A stretch of DNA of 63,985 bases from Octopus bimaculoides (GCF_001194135.2 NC_068983.1:35496928-35560912); one strand, 5' to 3'. Counted from the stretch's first letter, positions 11,694-23,253 are shown. Made by a program: numbers and translations. The notes: a model not told the origin generated them from the sequence alone.

Positions 11694-12619
11694 NNNNNNN
11701 NNNNNNNNNNNNNNNNNNNNNNNNNNNNNNNNNNNNNNNNNNNNNNNNNNNNNNNNNNNNNNNNNNNNNNNNNNNNNNNNNNNNNNNNNNNNNNNNNNNN
11801 NNNNNNNNNNNNNNNNNNNNNNNNNNNNNNNNNNNNNNNNNNNNNNNNNNNNNNNNNNNNNNNNNNNNNNNNNNNNNNNNNNNNNNNNNNNNNNNNNNNN
11901 NNNNNNNNNNNNNNNNNNNNNNNNNNNNNNNNNNNNNNNNNNNNNNNNNNNNNNNNNNNNNNNNNNNNNNNNNNNNNNNNNNNNNNNNNNNNNNNNNNNN
12001 NNNNNNNNNNNNNNNNNNNNNNNNNNNNNNNNNNNNNNNNNNNNNNNNNNNNNNNNNNNNNNNNNNNNNNNNNNNNNNNNNNNNNNNNNNNNNNNNNNNN
12101 NNNNNNNNNNNNNNNNNNNNNNNNNNNNNNNNNNNNNNNNNNNNNNNNNNNNNNNNNNNNNNNNNNNNNNNNNNNNNNNNNNNNNNNNNNNNNNNNNNNN
12201 NNNNNNNNNNNNNNNNNNNNNNNNNNNNNNNNNNNNNNNNNNNNNNNNNNNNNNNNNNNNNNNNNNNNNNNNNNNNNNNNNNNNNNNNNNNNNNNNNNNN
12301 NNNNNNNNNNNNNNNNNNNNNNNNNNNNNNNNNNNNNNNNNNNNNNNNNNNNNNNNNNNNNNNNNNNNNNNNNNNNNNNNNNNNNNNNNNNNNNNNNNNN
12401 NNNNNNNNNNNNNNNNNNNNNNNNNNNNNNNNNNNNNNNNNNNNNNNNNNNNNNNNNNNNNNNNNNNNNNNNNNNNNNNNNNNNNNNNNNNNNNNNNNNN
12501 NNNNNNNNNNNNNNNNNNNNNNNNNNNNNNNNNNNNNNNNNNNNNNNNNNNNNNNNNNNNNNNNNNNNNNNNNNNNNNNNNNNNNNNNNNNNNNNNNNNN
12601 NNNNNNNNNNNNNNNNNNN
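11694..12619. other. Assembly gap (N)
   Basis: Run of N. Confidence 1.
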
Positions 12620-12710
12620 GGGGCGGAAGTCTTGCCCCGAATAGAATTCTTCACTAACAAACTCTGTGTCGTTCAAAATCACAAAAATGTAAATCTCTCG
12701 TCTGACGTAC

Positions 12711-12731
12711 GTTTTTGTATAAATAATTCAT
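12711..12731 (-). CDS. STMP1: STMP1-like microprotein, probable exon 1 coding part (MNYLYKN)
   Basis: gggaaaATG (A at -3), seven codons, then donor GTACGT at phase 0, in a CpG-retaining region. This is the best candidate but is not proven. Confidence 0.55.
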
Positions 12732-12934
12732 TTTCCCGAGGGAAGCAATAAAACGCCGAAGTGTAACTCCAGACAAGACGCATTAAGCCATAAATGAAAT
12801 ACATGGAAAACACACATTTGTGTATATTATTACTTTAGTATTTCGAGTCAATAGGGAGATTCTATGTGGTCGTTTGACCTGCTAAGAATAACAGCCGAAT
12901 TCCCTCAAATCAGACCCAACTAGCTTTACACAAT

Positions 12935-14080
12935 CATCATCATCGTTTAACGTCCGCTTTCCATGCTAGCATGGGTTGGACGATTTGACTGAGGACTGGT
13001 GCAACCGGATGGCTACACCAGGCTCCAATCTAATTTGGCAGAGTTTCTACAGCTGGATGCCCTTCCTAACGCCAACTACTCAGAGAGTGTAGTGGGTGCT
13101 TTTACGTGTCACCCGCACGAAAACGGCCACACTCGAAATGGTGTCTTTTATGTGCCACCCGCACAAGAGCCAGTTCAGGGGCACTGGCAACGATCCCGCT
13201 CGAAAATCCTACAAGGCCAGTCAGGCGGTACTGGCAACGGTCACGCTCAGGATNNNNNNNNNNNNNNNNNNNNNNNNNNNNNNNNNNNNNNNNNNNNNNN
13301 NNNNNNNNNNNNNNNNNNNNNNNNNNNNNNNNNNNNNNNNNNNNNNNNNNNNNNNNNNNNNNNNNNNNNNNNNNNNNNNNNNNNNNNNNNNNNNNNNNNN
13401 NNNNNNNNNNNNNNNNNNNNNNNNNNNNNNNNNNNNNNNNNNNNNNNNNNNNNNNNNNNNNNNNNNNNNNNNNNNNNNNNNNNNNNNNNNNNNNNNNNNN
13501 NNNNNNNNNNNNNNNNNNNNNNNNNNNNNNNNNNNNNNNNNNNNNNNNNNNNNNNNNNNNNNNNNNNNNNNNNNNNNNNNNNNNNNNNNNNNNNNNNNNN
13601 NNNNNNNNNNNNNNNNNNNNNNNNNNNNNNNNNNNNNNNNNNNNNNNNNNNNNNNNNNNNNNNNNNNNNNNNNNNNNNNNNNNNNNNNNNNNNNNNNNNN
13701 NNNNNNNNNNNNNNNNNNNNNNNNNNNNNNNNNNNNNNNNNNNNNNNNNNNNNNNNNNNNNNNNNNNNNNNNNNNNNNNNNNNNNNNNNNNNNNNNNNNN
13801 NNNNNNNNNNNNNNNNNNNNNNNNNNNNNNNNNNNNNNNNNNNNNNNNNNNNNGCAGTTACAGCCCATGTTTCACTGCCATGTAGCATGGCTGTTCGTAC
13901 ACATGCGTCATACAGTCTGCCTTTTACTCTGAGCGAGAGTCCCTTTGTCGCCAGCAGAGGTAAGAGCTCTCTAAACTTGGCCCAGGCTATTCTTATTCTA
14001 GCAGTTACACTTTCAGCGCACCCACCCCCACTACTAACTTGGTCACCCAGATAGCGGAAGCTATCGACTACCTCTAGTTT
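12935..14080 (-). mobile_element. 5'-truncated RTE LINE copy spanning a gap
   Basis: FRYLGDQVSSGGGC...HGSETWAVT at 14080-13854; 3' UTR and (GAT)n tail at 13253-12935. Confidence 0.85.
13254..13853. other. Assembly gap (N)
   Basis: Run of N. Confidence 1.
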
Positions 14081-14214
14081 TTCTCCCTGGATAAACAAAA
14101 TAGGTAGAAACCTTGCATGTCTCTCCTCCCATTTATGACCTTAAGAAAGTAAGATATAGCAGTACTCAGCATTTGAAACCCTGTCAGTTCAGTAATGGGC
14201 AAAGGCCACAGCAT

Positions 14215-16320
14215 ATCATCATCATCATCATCGCTTAACGTCCACTTTCCATGCTGGTATGAGTTGGGCGATTTGACCAAGGACTGGCGAACCAGATGGC
14301 TCCACCAGGCTCCAATCTGATCTGGCAGGGTTTCTACAGCTGGATGCCCTTCCTAATGCCAACCACTCTGAGAGTAAAGTGGGTGCTTTTATGCGCCACT
14401 GGCAAAAGGGCCAGTCAGACAGTACTGGCAACAGCCACACTCAAATGTTGCTCTTTACGTGCCACCTGCACAGGAGCCAGTACAGAGGCACTGGCAACAA
14501 CCTCGCTCGAATATTTTTCATGTGCCACTGGCACAAGTTCTAGTAAGGCAACACTGGTAACGATCATGCTCAAATGGTGCTTTTTACGTGCCACCAGCAC
14601 GGAAGCCAGTCAGCTGCTCTGGCAGCAATCACGCTCGGATGGTGCTATTAGCACTCCACTAGCACAGATGCCAGTCATGCAGTGCTGTCATCGAATTTGA
14701 TTTCGATTTCACTTGCCTCAACAGGTCTTCGCAAGCAGAGTTTAGTGGCCACGGTTATGGTCTCACTTTGTTTGCTGGGTTTTTTCAAGCACAGCATATT
14801 TCCAAAGGTCTCGGTCACTAGTCATTGCTTCGATGAGGTCTAATGTTCGAAGGTCACACTTCACCACCTCATCCCAGGTCTTCCAGGGTCTACCTCTTCC
14901 ACAGGTTCCCTCAACCGCTAGGGTGTAGCACTTTTTCACACAGCTGTCCTCATTCATTCGCAACACATGACCATACCAGTGCAATCGTCTCTCTTGCACA
15001 CCACATCTGATGCTTCTTAGGTCTAACTTTTCTCTCAAGGTACTTATACTCTGTCGAGTATGCACACTGTCAGTACACATCCATTGGAGCATACTGGCTT
15101 CATTCCTTGCAAGCTTACACATGTCCTCAGCAGTCACGGCCCATGTTTCACTGCCATGTTGCATGGCTGTTCGTACACGTGTCATACAGTCTACCTTTTA
15201 CTCTGAGCAAGAGGCCTTTGTCACCAGCAGAGGTAAGAGCTCTCAGAACTTTGCCCAGGCTTTCTTATTCTAGCAGTTACACTTTCAGAGCACCCATCCC
15301 CGCTACTGACTTGGTCACCTTGGTAATGGAAGCTATCAACTACTATTGCTGCACTTCTTATGTGTCCATAGCTTACACTGGGTACATCTTATAGAGTTTC
15401 TACCAACGCCTTTTCTACAAATCGAGCAGGCCCATCTACCTGAAGGGATTTGTGGTTTGTCTGCCTTCCTACTTATTAGGACTTTGGTTTTAGCTAGGTT
15501 GACTCTAAGACCCTTCGATTCTAGTCCTTGCTTCCACACCTGAAACTTCTCTAGTTCTGATAATGACTCAGCAATTATAGCAAGGTTATTAGCATAGAGG
15601 AGCTCCCAGGGGCATTCTGTCTTGAATTCCTCTGTTATTGCTTGGAGGACTTTGATAAATAGGAGGGGGCTGAGGACTGAACCTTGGTGGACCCCTACCT
15701 CTACTCGGAATTCTTCACTGTACTTGTTGCCGACACTCACCTTACTGACAGCGTCCCTGTACATGGCTTGCACAGCTCTCACTAACCATTCATCTATCCC
15801 TAGTTTCCTCATTGACCACCAAATAAGGGATCGGGGGACCCTGTTGAAGGCTTTCTCCATGTCAACGAAAGCCAGGTACAGAGGTTTATCTTTGGCTAGA
15901 TATTTCTCCTGCAGCTGTCTTACCAGAAATATAGCATCACTGGTGCTTTTCCCTGGCACAAACCCAAACTGCATCTCATCTAAACTGACTCTCTCCCTAA
16001 TTAGTTGGGCTGTGACCTTCAATACCTGATCCAACAACTTGATACTTCTGTAATTATTTGTATCTAAAGCGTCACCTTTACCTTTGTAGCAGTTGACTAT
16101 GGTGCTGCTACACCAGNNNNNNNNNNAAGCGTCACCTTTACCTTTGTAGCAGTTGACTATGGTGCTGCTACACCAGTCATTGGGTATGACTCCTTCGTGT
16201 ATCACCTGGTTAACTATATGAGTGACTAGGTGATAACCAACATCACCAGATATTTTGAGCATCTCTGCAGTGATTCCTGATAGGCCAGGGGCTTTCCCTG
16301 TCTTCATACTCTTAATTGCT
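14215..16320 (-). mobile_element. RTE-clade LINE, 5'-truncated and defective (RT domain, PHD-like Zn finger, C-terminus, 3' UTR)
   Basis: RT motifs KAPG, NYRSIKLL, QFGF, AFVDMEKAF and GVHQGSVLSPLLF; catalytic YADD reads YANN. CSIC..C..C..W.H..C finger; (GAT)n tail near 14215-14231. Confidence 0.92.
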
Positions 16321-17438
16321 TTATCTACAAAGGTACTGTCAATATCAAGTTTCCATATTTGATGTGTCCTTATCAGATTTTGGCTCATATTTCAGCCAAT
16401 TGTTGTTCAGGTACATTTATGTGGTGTCAAGATTAAGGGAAAATTCCACACAGTTTGTCCCAAATAATGGTTATAAATCAAAATGCACAGGAAATACAAA
16501 GCAGAGGATTCATAGAGGTTTTCTTGGTTAGCTGGTAGCTAATCCACCCTGTCCTCATGTTAAAAAGATCACCTCTTGCCAAGCACAAACAACATTTTCA
16601 ACTCTCGGCAAGCATACATTCTTACTAGCTACTAGTATTCAACATAACAGCTTTTTGTAAAGTAAACTTAAAACACCAATCTGTTATTAAACATGTTAAT
16701 AAAATTTAAATATTATGACTAGGAGCAGATCCCAGCAAAACAACCATAGAGCTTTTTGTAAAGCCAGATCTACTAGAGACCTATGTGACTCACCAGTAAG
16801 CTCTCAACCTCAAAAAATTTGGTAGAAGTATTGTTTTTGCTCTGACACCAGGAAAGCTTTTGCCTGCATCTGATAGGAATCTCCAGTCAAAACTATTAGC
16901 CTATGGGTGCCATCTGTCTCTCATTTGTCTTGAATCAGCAATTTCCTAAGACTACCCTATTGCTGATGGAGTTATGGTGCATATTCTATCAACTCTGGTT
17001 TGCATCAGAGTTCAGTTTTGTTTCTTACATTCTTCCTCCTGTACATCAACAATTTACTTGCTATCACCTCAAACAATGCCCATTCTTACGCAGATGATAC
17101 TATCCTTCATTCCTTTCTAACTTTCCAACCTACACTTCATCCACGTACAACCTAGATAACTCACACCATATCTACACACACTGAATCCATGGATAGAAAT
17201 CTAGGAAAAACATCTTCCAATGAGATTATGTCAAACTTCACCCATTTCAGCAGCAAAAAACAAAAATCAAGGCATGTACCAAGAAAATGTTACTGCATCC
17301 CTCCCCTAAAATGAGTGACATAGAATTAGAGCCCTTACAATCTCCTTATCACTGAGAATCTGTAGGGTGGTGGATTAGCAAGACTGTGTCAAAAAAAGTG
17401 CTTTGTTCCAGCTCCTTATATTCTGAGTTGTAATCCTG

Positions 17439-18728
17439 TTGAGGTCAAATTTGTCTTTCATCCTTTCAGTGGATAAAGTTTTAGAGGAGAAAAAGAGCTT
17501 TGCGAAAATAACAGAAGTTAAAACATGTGAAGTGGACCTAACGAAAATGTTGGATTATCAGAAAATGGCAACAAAAGTGGGTGAAGAAGTAAAGCTGTCG
17601 CCACCACAGAAAATAATGGAAAGAATGGAAAAGAGAACGATTACGTATAAAGTAATCGCAGCAGAAAAAAATAAAGTGGAACTCATGGAAATTGAAACAA
17701 TAGAAAAGGCATTAAGAATTGTAACGAAAGATGTAATATTCCTTTCACGAGGCAATAAATTCGGAACAATAGTAGCACAGTTCAAGTCGGAAGAGGTAGC
17801 AAGGAGGATGGCCATAAAAACGGTGAAGACAGATAAAGTAGTTCTTCTACCCATGTATCTTGGAAGGACATCCAGGGTCAGGGTAGAAAGAATACCACCT
17901 GATATGGAAGTAGCTTGGGTGGCGGTGGCTGTACTCCTTGGAAGTGAGGGAAAGGTGTCTGTTATCCAAGCCACGTCAACTGAAGACGGGACGTGGAAGG
18001 GGAAATCATTGGAGATGAACATTCAAAGTGAGAGAGAAACACTAGAAAAACTGGCAGAGATAATAACGATAGGTAACATAAGTCTGAGAGTGTGGGTGGA
18101 GGGCAGAATCCCTCGCTGTTATAAATGTGGCCTGAAGGGTCACATTAGAGCGAGTTGCCCTCCACCAAGCAAAGAAACTGAAGAAAGGCATACACAGGAG
18201 TTACTACAAGACAAACAACAGGAAAAAAACAGAGAATACAGAAGAGACAATACCGGCGGAAGAAGAAAATGAAGAAAGGAAGAATGTAGGCTTCTCACAT
18301 GCAGAATCCCGACCCACCCAATGTCCATCCACACCCTCTTCGTCCCACCCTCCCCCTGCAGACACTTTACCTACCCATTCCTCACCAACACGAAAACAAA
18401 AAAGGACACCACACACAATGTTTTAGAAACTTCCCCTCTCACTGATTGTTATGCATGTTTGGTTTATTTTGAGGCAGAGAAAGAACTGCATGAGATAGTG
18501 GAGAAATGGGAAGATACAGTCTATGTGGACGTTAACGACGACGAGTATGGAGAAATTACAGTGATGTTGATAACAGAAAAACATTTGAACAAAATTTTAA
18601 AATTCCATGATTTTGACGTATAGAAGGTTAATTATAATATGGACAAATTGCCGAAAGAAATAGGATACGAACAAGTAAAAACACGATATGGTATAGATAT
18701 TATGGAGAACAGGCGAAAAGGCAAATAA
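17439..18728 (+). mobile_element. Gag/ORF1-like element of L1/Tx1 type with a CCHC zinc knuckle, frameshifted; no ORF2 seen
   Basis: 277-aa ORF with CYKCGLKGHIRASC. An acidic then P/S-rich continuation lies in another frame (EEENEERK...PSTPSSSHPPP), followed by a hairpin and a T-rich tail. Confidence 0.7.
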
Positions 18729-18929
18729 GTGATGTTACTTGATGGGGCAGGTAACATCATTTCCATTTCTCATTTTTTTTCATTCTTACATATTACCATT
18801 CGTTATTTTAGTTTTTCTTCTGATTTCATCTTTTTGTATTTCTATTTCCCTGAGTTTGTGTTTGTCGCGTTTGTATTGTCTTTATGTGTTATAATGTTCG
18901 AGGGAAGATTCTTTGTTTCGCCTTTTATT

Positions 18930-19125
18930 TGTTGTTGTTGGCACTCCGTCGCTTACGACGACGAGGGTTCCAGTTGATCCGATCAACGGAATAGCCTGCT
19001 CGTGAAATTAACGTGCAAGTGGCTGAGCACTCCACAGACACGTGTACCCTTAACGTAGTTCTCGGGGATATTCAGCATGACACAGTGTGACAAGGCTGGC
19101 CCTTTGAATTACAGGCACAACAGAA
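18930..19125 (-). mobile_element. 3' part of a (CAA)n-tailed SINE
   Basis: Near-identical to 53125-53330. Confidence 0.85.
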
Positions 19126-19281
19126 ATCAATATCTATAAAACACAAGATGTTTGTGTGTGTGTGTGTGTGTGTGTACGTGAATGTGGGTTATGCACGTCC
19201 ACAAATTAGCACGCATGTCGCTCCAATTTTAAGAGGACATTGTTCATGACCCTAGCTGTGTTTTTGTCAACTTTTTCTCAC

Positions 19282-20030
19282 NNNNNNNNNNNNNNNNNNN
19301 NNNNNNNNNNNNNNNNNNNNNNNNNNNNNNNNNNNNNNNNNNNNNNNNNNNNNNNNNNNNNNNNNNNNNNNNNNNNNNNNNNNNNNNNNNNNNNNNNNNN
19401 NNNNNNNNNNNNNNNNNNNNNNNNNNNNNNNNNNNNNNNNNNNNNNNNNNNNNNNNNNNNNNNNNNNNNNNNNNNNNNNNNNNNNNNNNNNNNNNNNNNN
19501 NNNNNNNNNNNNNNNNNNNNNNNNNNNNNNNNNNNNNNNNNNNNNNNNNNNNNNNNNNNNNNNNNNNNNNNNNNNNNNNNNNNNNNNNNNNNNNNNNNNN
19601 NNNNNNNNNNNNNNNNNNNNNNNNNNNNNNNNNNNNNNNNNNNNNNNNNNNNNNNNNNNNNNNNNNNNNNNNNNNNNNNNNNNNNNNNNNNNNNNNNNNN
19701 NNNNNNNNNNNNNNNNNNNNNNNNNNNNNNNNNNNNNNNNNNNNNNNNNNNNNNNNNNNNNNNNNNNNNNNNNNNNNNNNNNNNNNNNNNNNNNNNNNNN
19801 NNNNNNNNNNNNNNNNNNNNNNNNNNNNNNNNNNNNNNNNNNNNNNNNNNNNNNNNNNNNNNNNNNNNNNNNNNNNNNNNNNNNNNNNNNNNNNNNNNNN
19901 NNNNNNNNNNNNNNNNNNNNNNNNNNNNNNNNNNNNNNNNNNNNNNNNNNNNNNNNNNNNNNNNNNNNNNNNNNNNNNNNNNNNNNNNNNNNNNNNNNNN
20001 NNNNNNNNNNNNNNNNNNNNNNNNNNNNNN
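19282..20030. other. Assembly gap (N)
   Basis: Run of N. Confidence 1.
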
Positions 20031-20386
20031 GATTTCCACTAGGGTGTTACGGTTAGGATTAGGATTAGTGTGTGTGTGTGTGTGTGTGCGTGCACGCGCA
20101 CGCGCGAAGCCAAACTAACAAGGAAGGAAGACGTCGATCAGCACTGGTTCAATACTAAAATCATTCACGATCTTTTAATTTATTTTTATGTCTTTCCCCC
20201 CTTAAAAACAATATAATAGGCTAAAAGTAAATACCTTTTTTTTTAAATTTTCACGGTTAAATATTTTGTTTCTTCACTCCGTTTTCGATGTTTCTGCGTT
20301 TTTATCTTCCTTTGCTGTTAATAAAGATGACACATTTGTTAAGGAGTCTCATTTAAGAGAAACTTCAACCATATATTATTAGACGA

Positions 20387-20830
20387 TTAAACACAGGTCA
20401 TTCGTTTAAATATTATGTGAAACATACTTTTTGGTTTGAAAGTGGCCCATTCCTTGTGTAGAGCAGTTGTGACAATGGATTGGAATGTAGGAAATAATAT
20501 CTGGTTGATTATATAACCATCAGGATCTTCGGGATATTCTTGTATATGAAGAGTCTTCATAGCTTCTACATACTGTTTCTGTGTGATGAAACCCTTTCTG
20601 GTCGGATCCATGATATGAAACAGAGATTCTATGTTACCTTTATCAAAAAGACTTACTGGCTTCTTTGGATTATTTTTCAATTCTTGAAGGTACTCAACCA
20701 TAAATTTCTTTGGTTCTGCAGGTCTAAAAAACACTAAAGAAGCTAACATTTTGTTAAATAGCGACTGAATTTTATGTTCCTTTAAATATTGATCTGCTAA
20801 CATCTCACGGGTCTCTTTATTTTCCTCCAT
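20387..20830 (-). CDS. EFCAB10: EF-hand calcium-binding domain protein 10 (RIIa/DPY30-like dimerisation N-terminus plus EF-hand)
   Basis: ADQYLKEHKI...LVFFRPAEPKKFMVEYL...NIESLFHIMDPTRKGFITQKQYVEAMKTL parallels vertebrate EFCAB10 (AAEYLEKHQI...LLFFRPEKPKEYL...NIVAMFEMMD..GRGTISFVQYKEALKTL). The last 13 codons could be intronic (GTATGT donor at 20427-20422). Confidence 0.9.
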   Translation of the reverse strand: MEENKETREMLADQYLKEHKIQSLFNKMLASLVFFRPAEPKKFMVEYLQELKNNPKKPVSLFDKGNIESLFHIMDPTRKGFITQKQYVEAMKTLHIQEYPEDPDGYIINQILFPTFQSIVTTALHKEWATFKPKSMFHIIFKRMTCV

Positions 20831-20855
20831 CTTTCAACAATAAACACTATTTTGC

Positions 20856-20869
20856 GTCTCTATGGAAAC
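20856..20869. promoter_or_regulatory. RFX X-box GTCTCTATGGAAAC
   Basis: Exact fit to the 14-bp consensus GTYNCYATRGNAAC, 26 bp upstream of the ATG of a ciliary gene. Confidence 0.7.
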
Positions 20870-20877
20870 CCACGTGG
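20870..20877. promoter_or_regulatory. Palindromic E-box CCACGTGG (MYC/MAX/USF type)
   Basis: Direct reading; it abuts the X-box within the EFCAB10-GART interval. Confidence 0.55.
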
Positions 20878-20879
20878 CA

Positions 20880-20964
20880 TGTTAATTATCTCCCTTATCC
20901 ATTAAGTCAGCGCATTCTGTTTTAAATTTATATATTTGTTACTTTGGAAATAAGAACCAAAAAA
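20880..20964 (+). other. GART: GART exon 1 (5' UTR plus the A of the start codon); 5' boundary unknown
   Basis: AAAAAA|GTAAGT donor at 20965-20970. Joining to the 25727 acceptor yields accaaaaaA|TGAAAACC. In-frame TAA at 20883-20885 with no ATG between. Confidence 0.65.
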
Positions 20965-22544
20965 GTAAGTAGAAATTCTCTAAAATTCGCAGTAAAGAAT
21001 AAGATAGGCATTCCGTATTGAGTAGAACAGAATTCTAGCACTTCGAACTGAAACTTTTGCTCGTCACTCTAATTTTATTTTCTAAATTCTAATAAATTAA
21101 GTCTCTTCCCTATTTTTGCGTTTCCTTTTGATGTTTACCCGTTTTATATTAGGTACAAACAGAAAAGAACAGAAATGATTAAAAAAGTAGTTATCGCATT
21201 CTTTTTCTCTAATATTCAAGAAAAGTTATTTTACACCGTCAACTGTTCCCAAGTATATGAAGTAGTTAAACGTGTCTTGTATGGCGGGCTTTTGATATTT
21301 GAAACTTAACCATACTATTGATATAGTTAATATATAATACAAAAGTTGTGAGTTTTTTCTTTATTGTTTTTAAAGAACCTGTCGTTAAATTATTAATATT
21401 TACATTTGCTGAATTTAATAAGTTACTGTAATATATATTTCTTACATTAAGCCCCAATCTTTTTTTTTTTGTCTTTTTCCTACGTAGGAAGAGGGTGTAA
21501 TCAAATGAATGTGTGTTAATTCATATAGCAGGATTTGAACTCGGAAAAAAAGTTATTGTTTAGCTCCGATGGAATAAATATGACCTAAGTCATTCCAAAT
21601 ACGATTGTTCTATCTTTTATTCAGATACTCTGTTAAAGGACTGTGTTATTTCCATTTTTTGTTAAGTGAGGAGGAATGAGTTGAGCGAGACTTGGTTATT
21701 TCTTGCAGATCAGGAACGTACATAAAAACTTTACGAAAAATAATAATCATCCTCAGTAATTACATAAATTAAAATGTAATTCCGAAAACTTGAAAAACTA
21801 CTTTCTCAATTCTTCAGTCTTTGGACACGTGTGCAAGTGTTTAAAAATGTATTGACAGTACGTTCCCAAAGACTAAAAGGTGAAGCGAAAAAAAATAAAT
21901 AAATTTTCAAAAATTATTTTTTTTCATAAAAAGATGCAAACACACACCTCCCTGTCTCCCATCATTTCGAAGGCCGCGGTGAAATAAAAATTGGAAATAT
22001 CCCTGTCAAAACGCAGAAAATCCAACTTATGTGGCTATTCTGATCCGAAACTCGGTTCAGATTCGCTTGTGCAATACCCTAGTACTAGTTTCTCTTCATC
22101 CACGCCATACATTAGCTGTATCTTACAATTTAAGGTCTTTTTCTTCATCTCAATGTGTTGTCGCCATGTCTCACAAAGGACTGTTTTTTTAACGTATCTG
22201 ACACACTTCAGCGAACCCTCCCTTATATAAACTAGCAGCTCGATTATTCCCGCTTTTACGATTTATTTCTAGTCATTTTTCACGTAGGACAAAATAATGT
22301 AATTCGAACTATAAATAATAAAATTGAAACAGTACTTTTGAAAAAGTACCGGTATAACTTCAATTTAGTACTCCACCTGTTTTGTTTCCTCACTATTTAA
22401 TGTTTTTCGTTTTTGTGTTAGTGCGCGCGCGAAATTTGACAGACTTGTAGATAACGACAATGTTGCTCTTTTAATCCTTTCTCTTTGACTGCTGTCATCC
22501 TGGGGCACTCGATCCCAGTTCTTTACTCTTCGAAGAGCGGAGAC

Positions 22545-22933
22545 GGACTATATGTAATCTGAACCTTTTCTCCCCTTATTTATTAATTTTTTTTACGGAA
22601 TCCCACGTTTTAGGCTATGGAGATTCCGATTCTGAAAAAAAATTGTTTGAAATATTTCAAACCAACCCCCACCACCACCACCACCAAGCAGGCTATTTAC
22701 ATGCTAGAAATAACAGTCAAATCTCACAAAACTAGTGTTAGGGTTAGGTTTAGGGTCAGGGTTACGGTTAGGGTTAGGGTTGGATCTATATAAAAACCGG
22801 GTGGGGGGATCGAAATTTTGAAATTGAGATGTTTGAAAAAAAATTTTCAGAATCGGAATCTCCATAGTCTAAAACGTGAGATTCCGTAAAAAATAAATAA
22901 TAAGGGGGGAAAGGTTCAGATTACATATAGTCC
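22545..22933. mobile_element. MITE with ~95-bp TIRs and internal degenerate (TTAGGG)n
   Basis: GGACTATATGTAATCTGAACC... (22545-22645) is the reverse complement of 22842-22933; TTAGGG-like repeats at 22738-22780. Confidence 0.8.
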
Positions 22934-23253
22934 ATCTGGACCTTCAATATTTCGGGGCTATGACCCTCATGAAAATGGGGTCGTAACCCCGAAATATTGT
23001 GATTTGCCTTGCATTTACTTTGCATTGTTCTGGCCTTACCCACGAACCTTTATACAATATATTTTACACAATGCTTCATAGTAACTATTCCATATATATA
23101 TATTCCCTTTTGCCGAACCGCTAAGTTACGGGGGACGTAAACGCACCAACATCGGTTGTCAAGCGATGGTGGGGGGGACAAACGCAGACACACAGTGGGA
23201 CTGAACCTGGAACCATGTGGTTAGGAAGCAAACTTCTTACCACACAGCCATTC

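Noticed and set aside
16067-16176. Exact 50-bp direct repeat around a 10-N gap in the RT region
   Set aside because: A typical scaffolding overlap artefact, not a biological duplication.
11651-20118. Long ORFs in the track made mostly of X
   Set aside because: They simply span N gaps.
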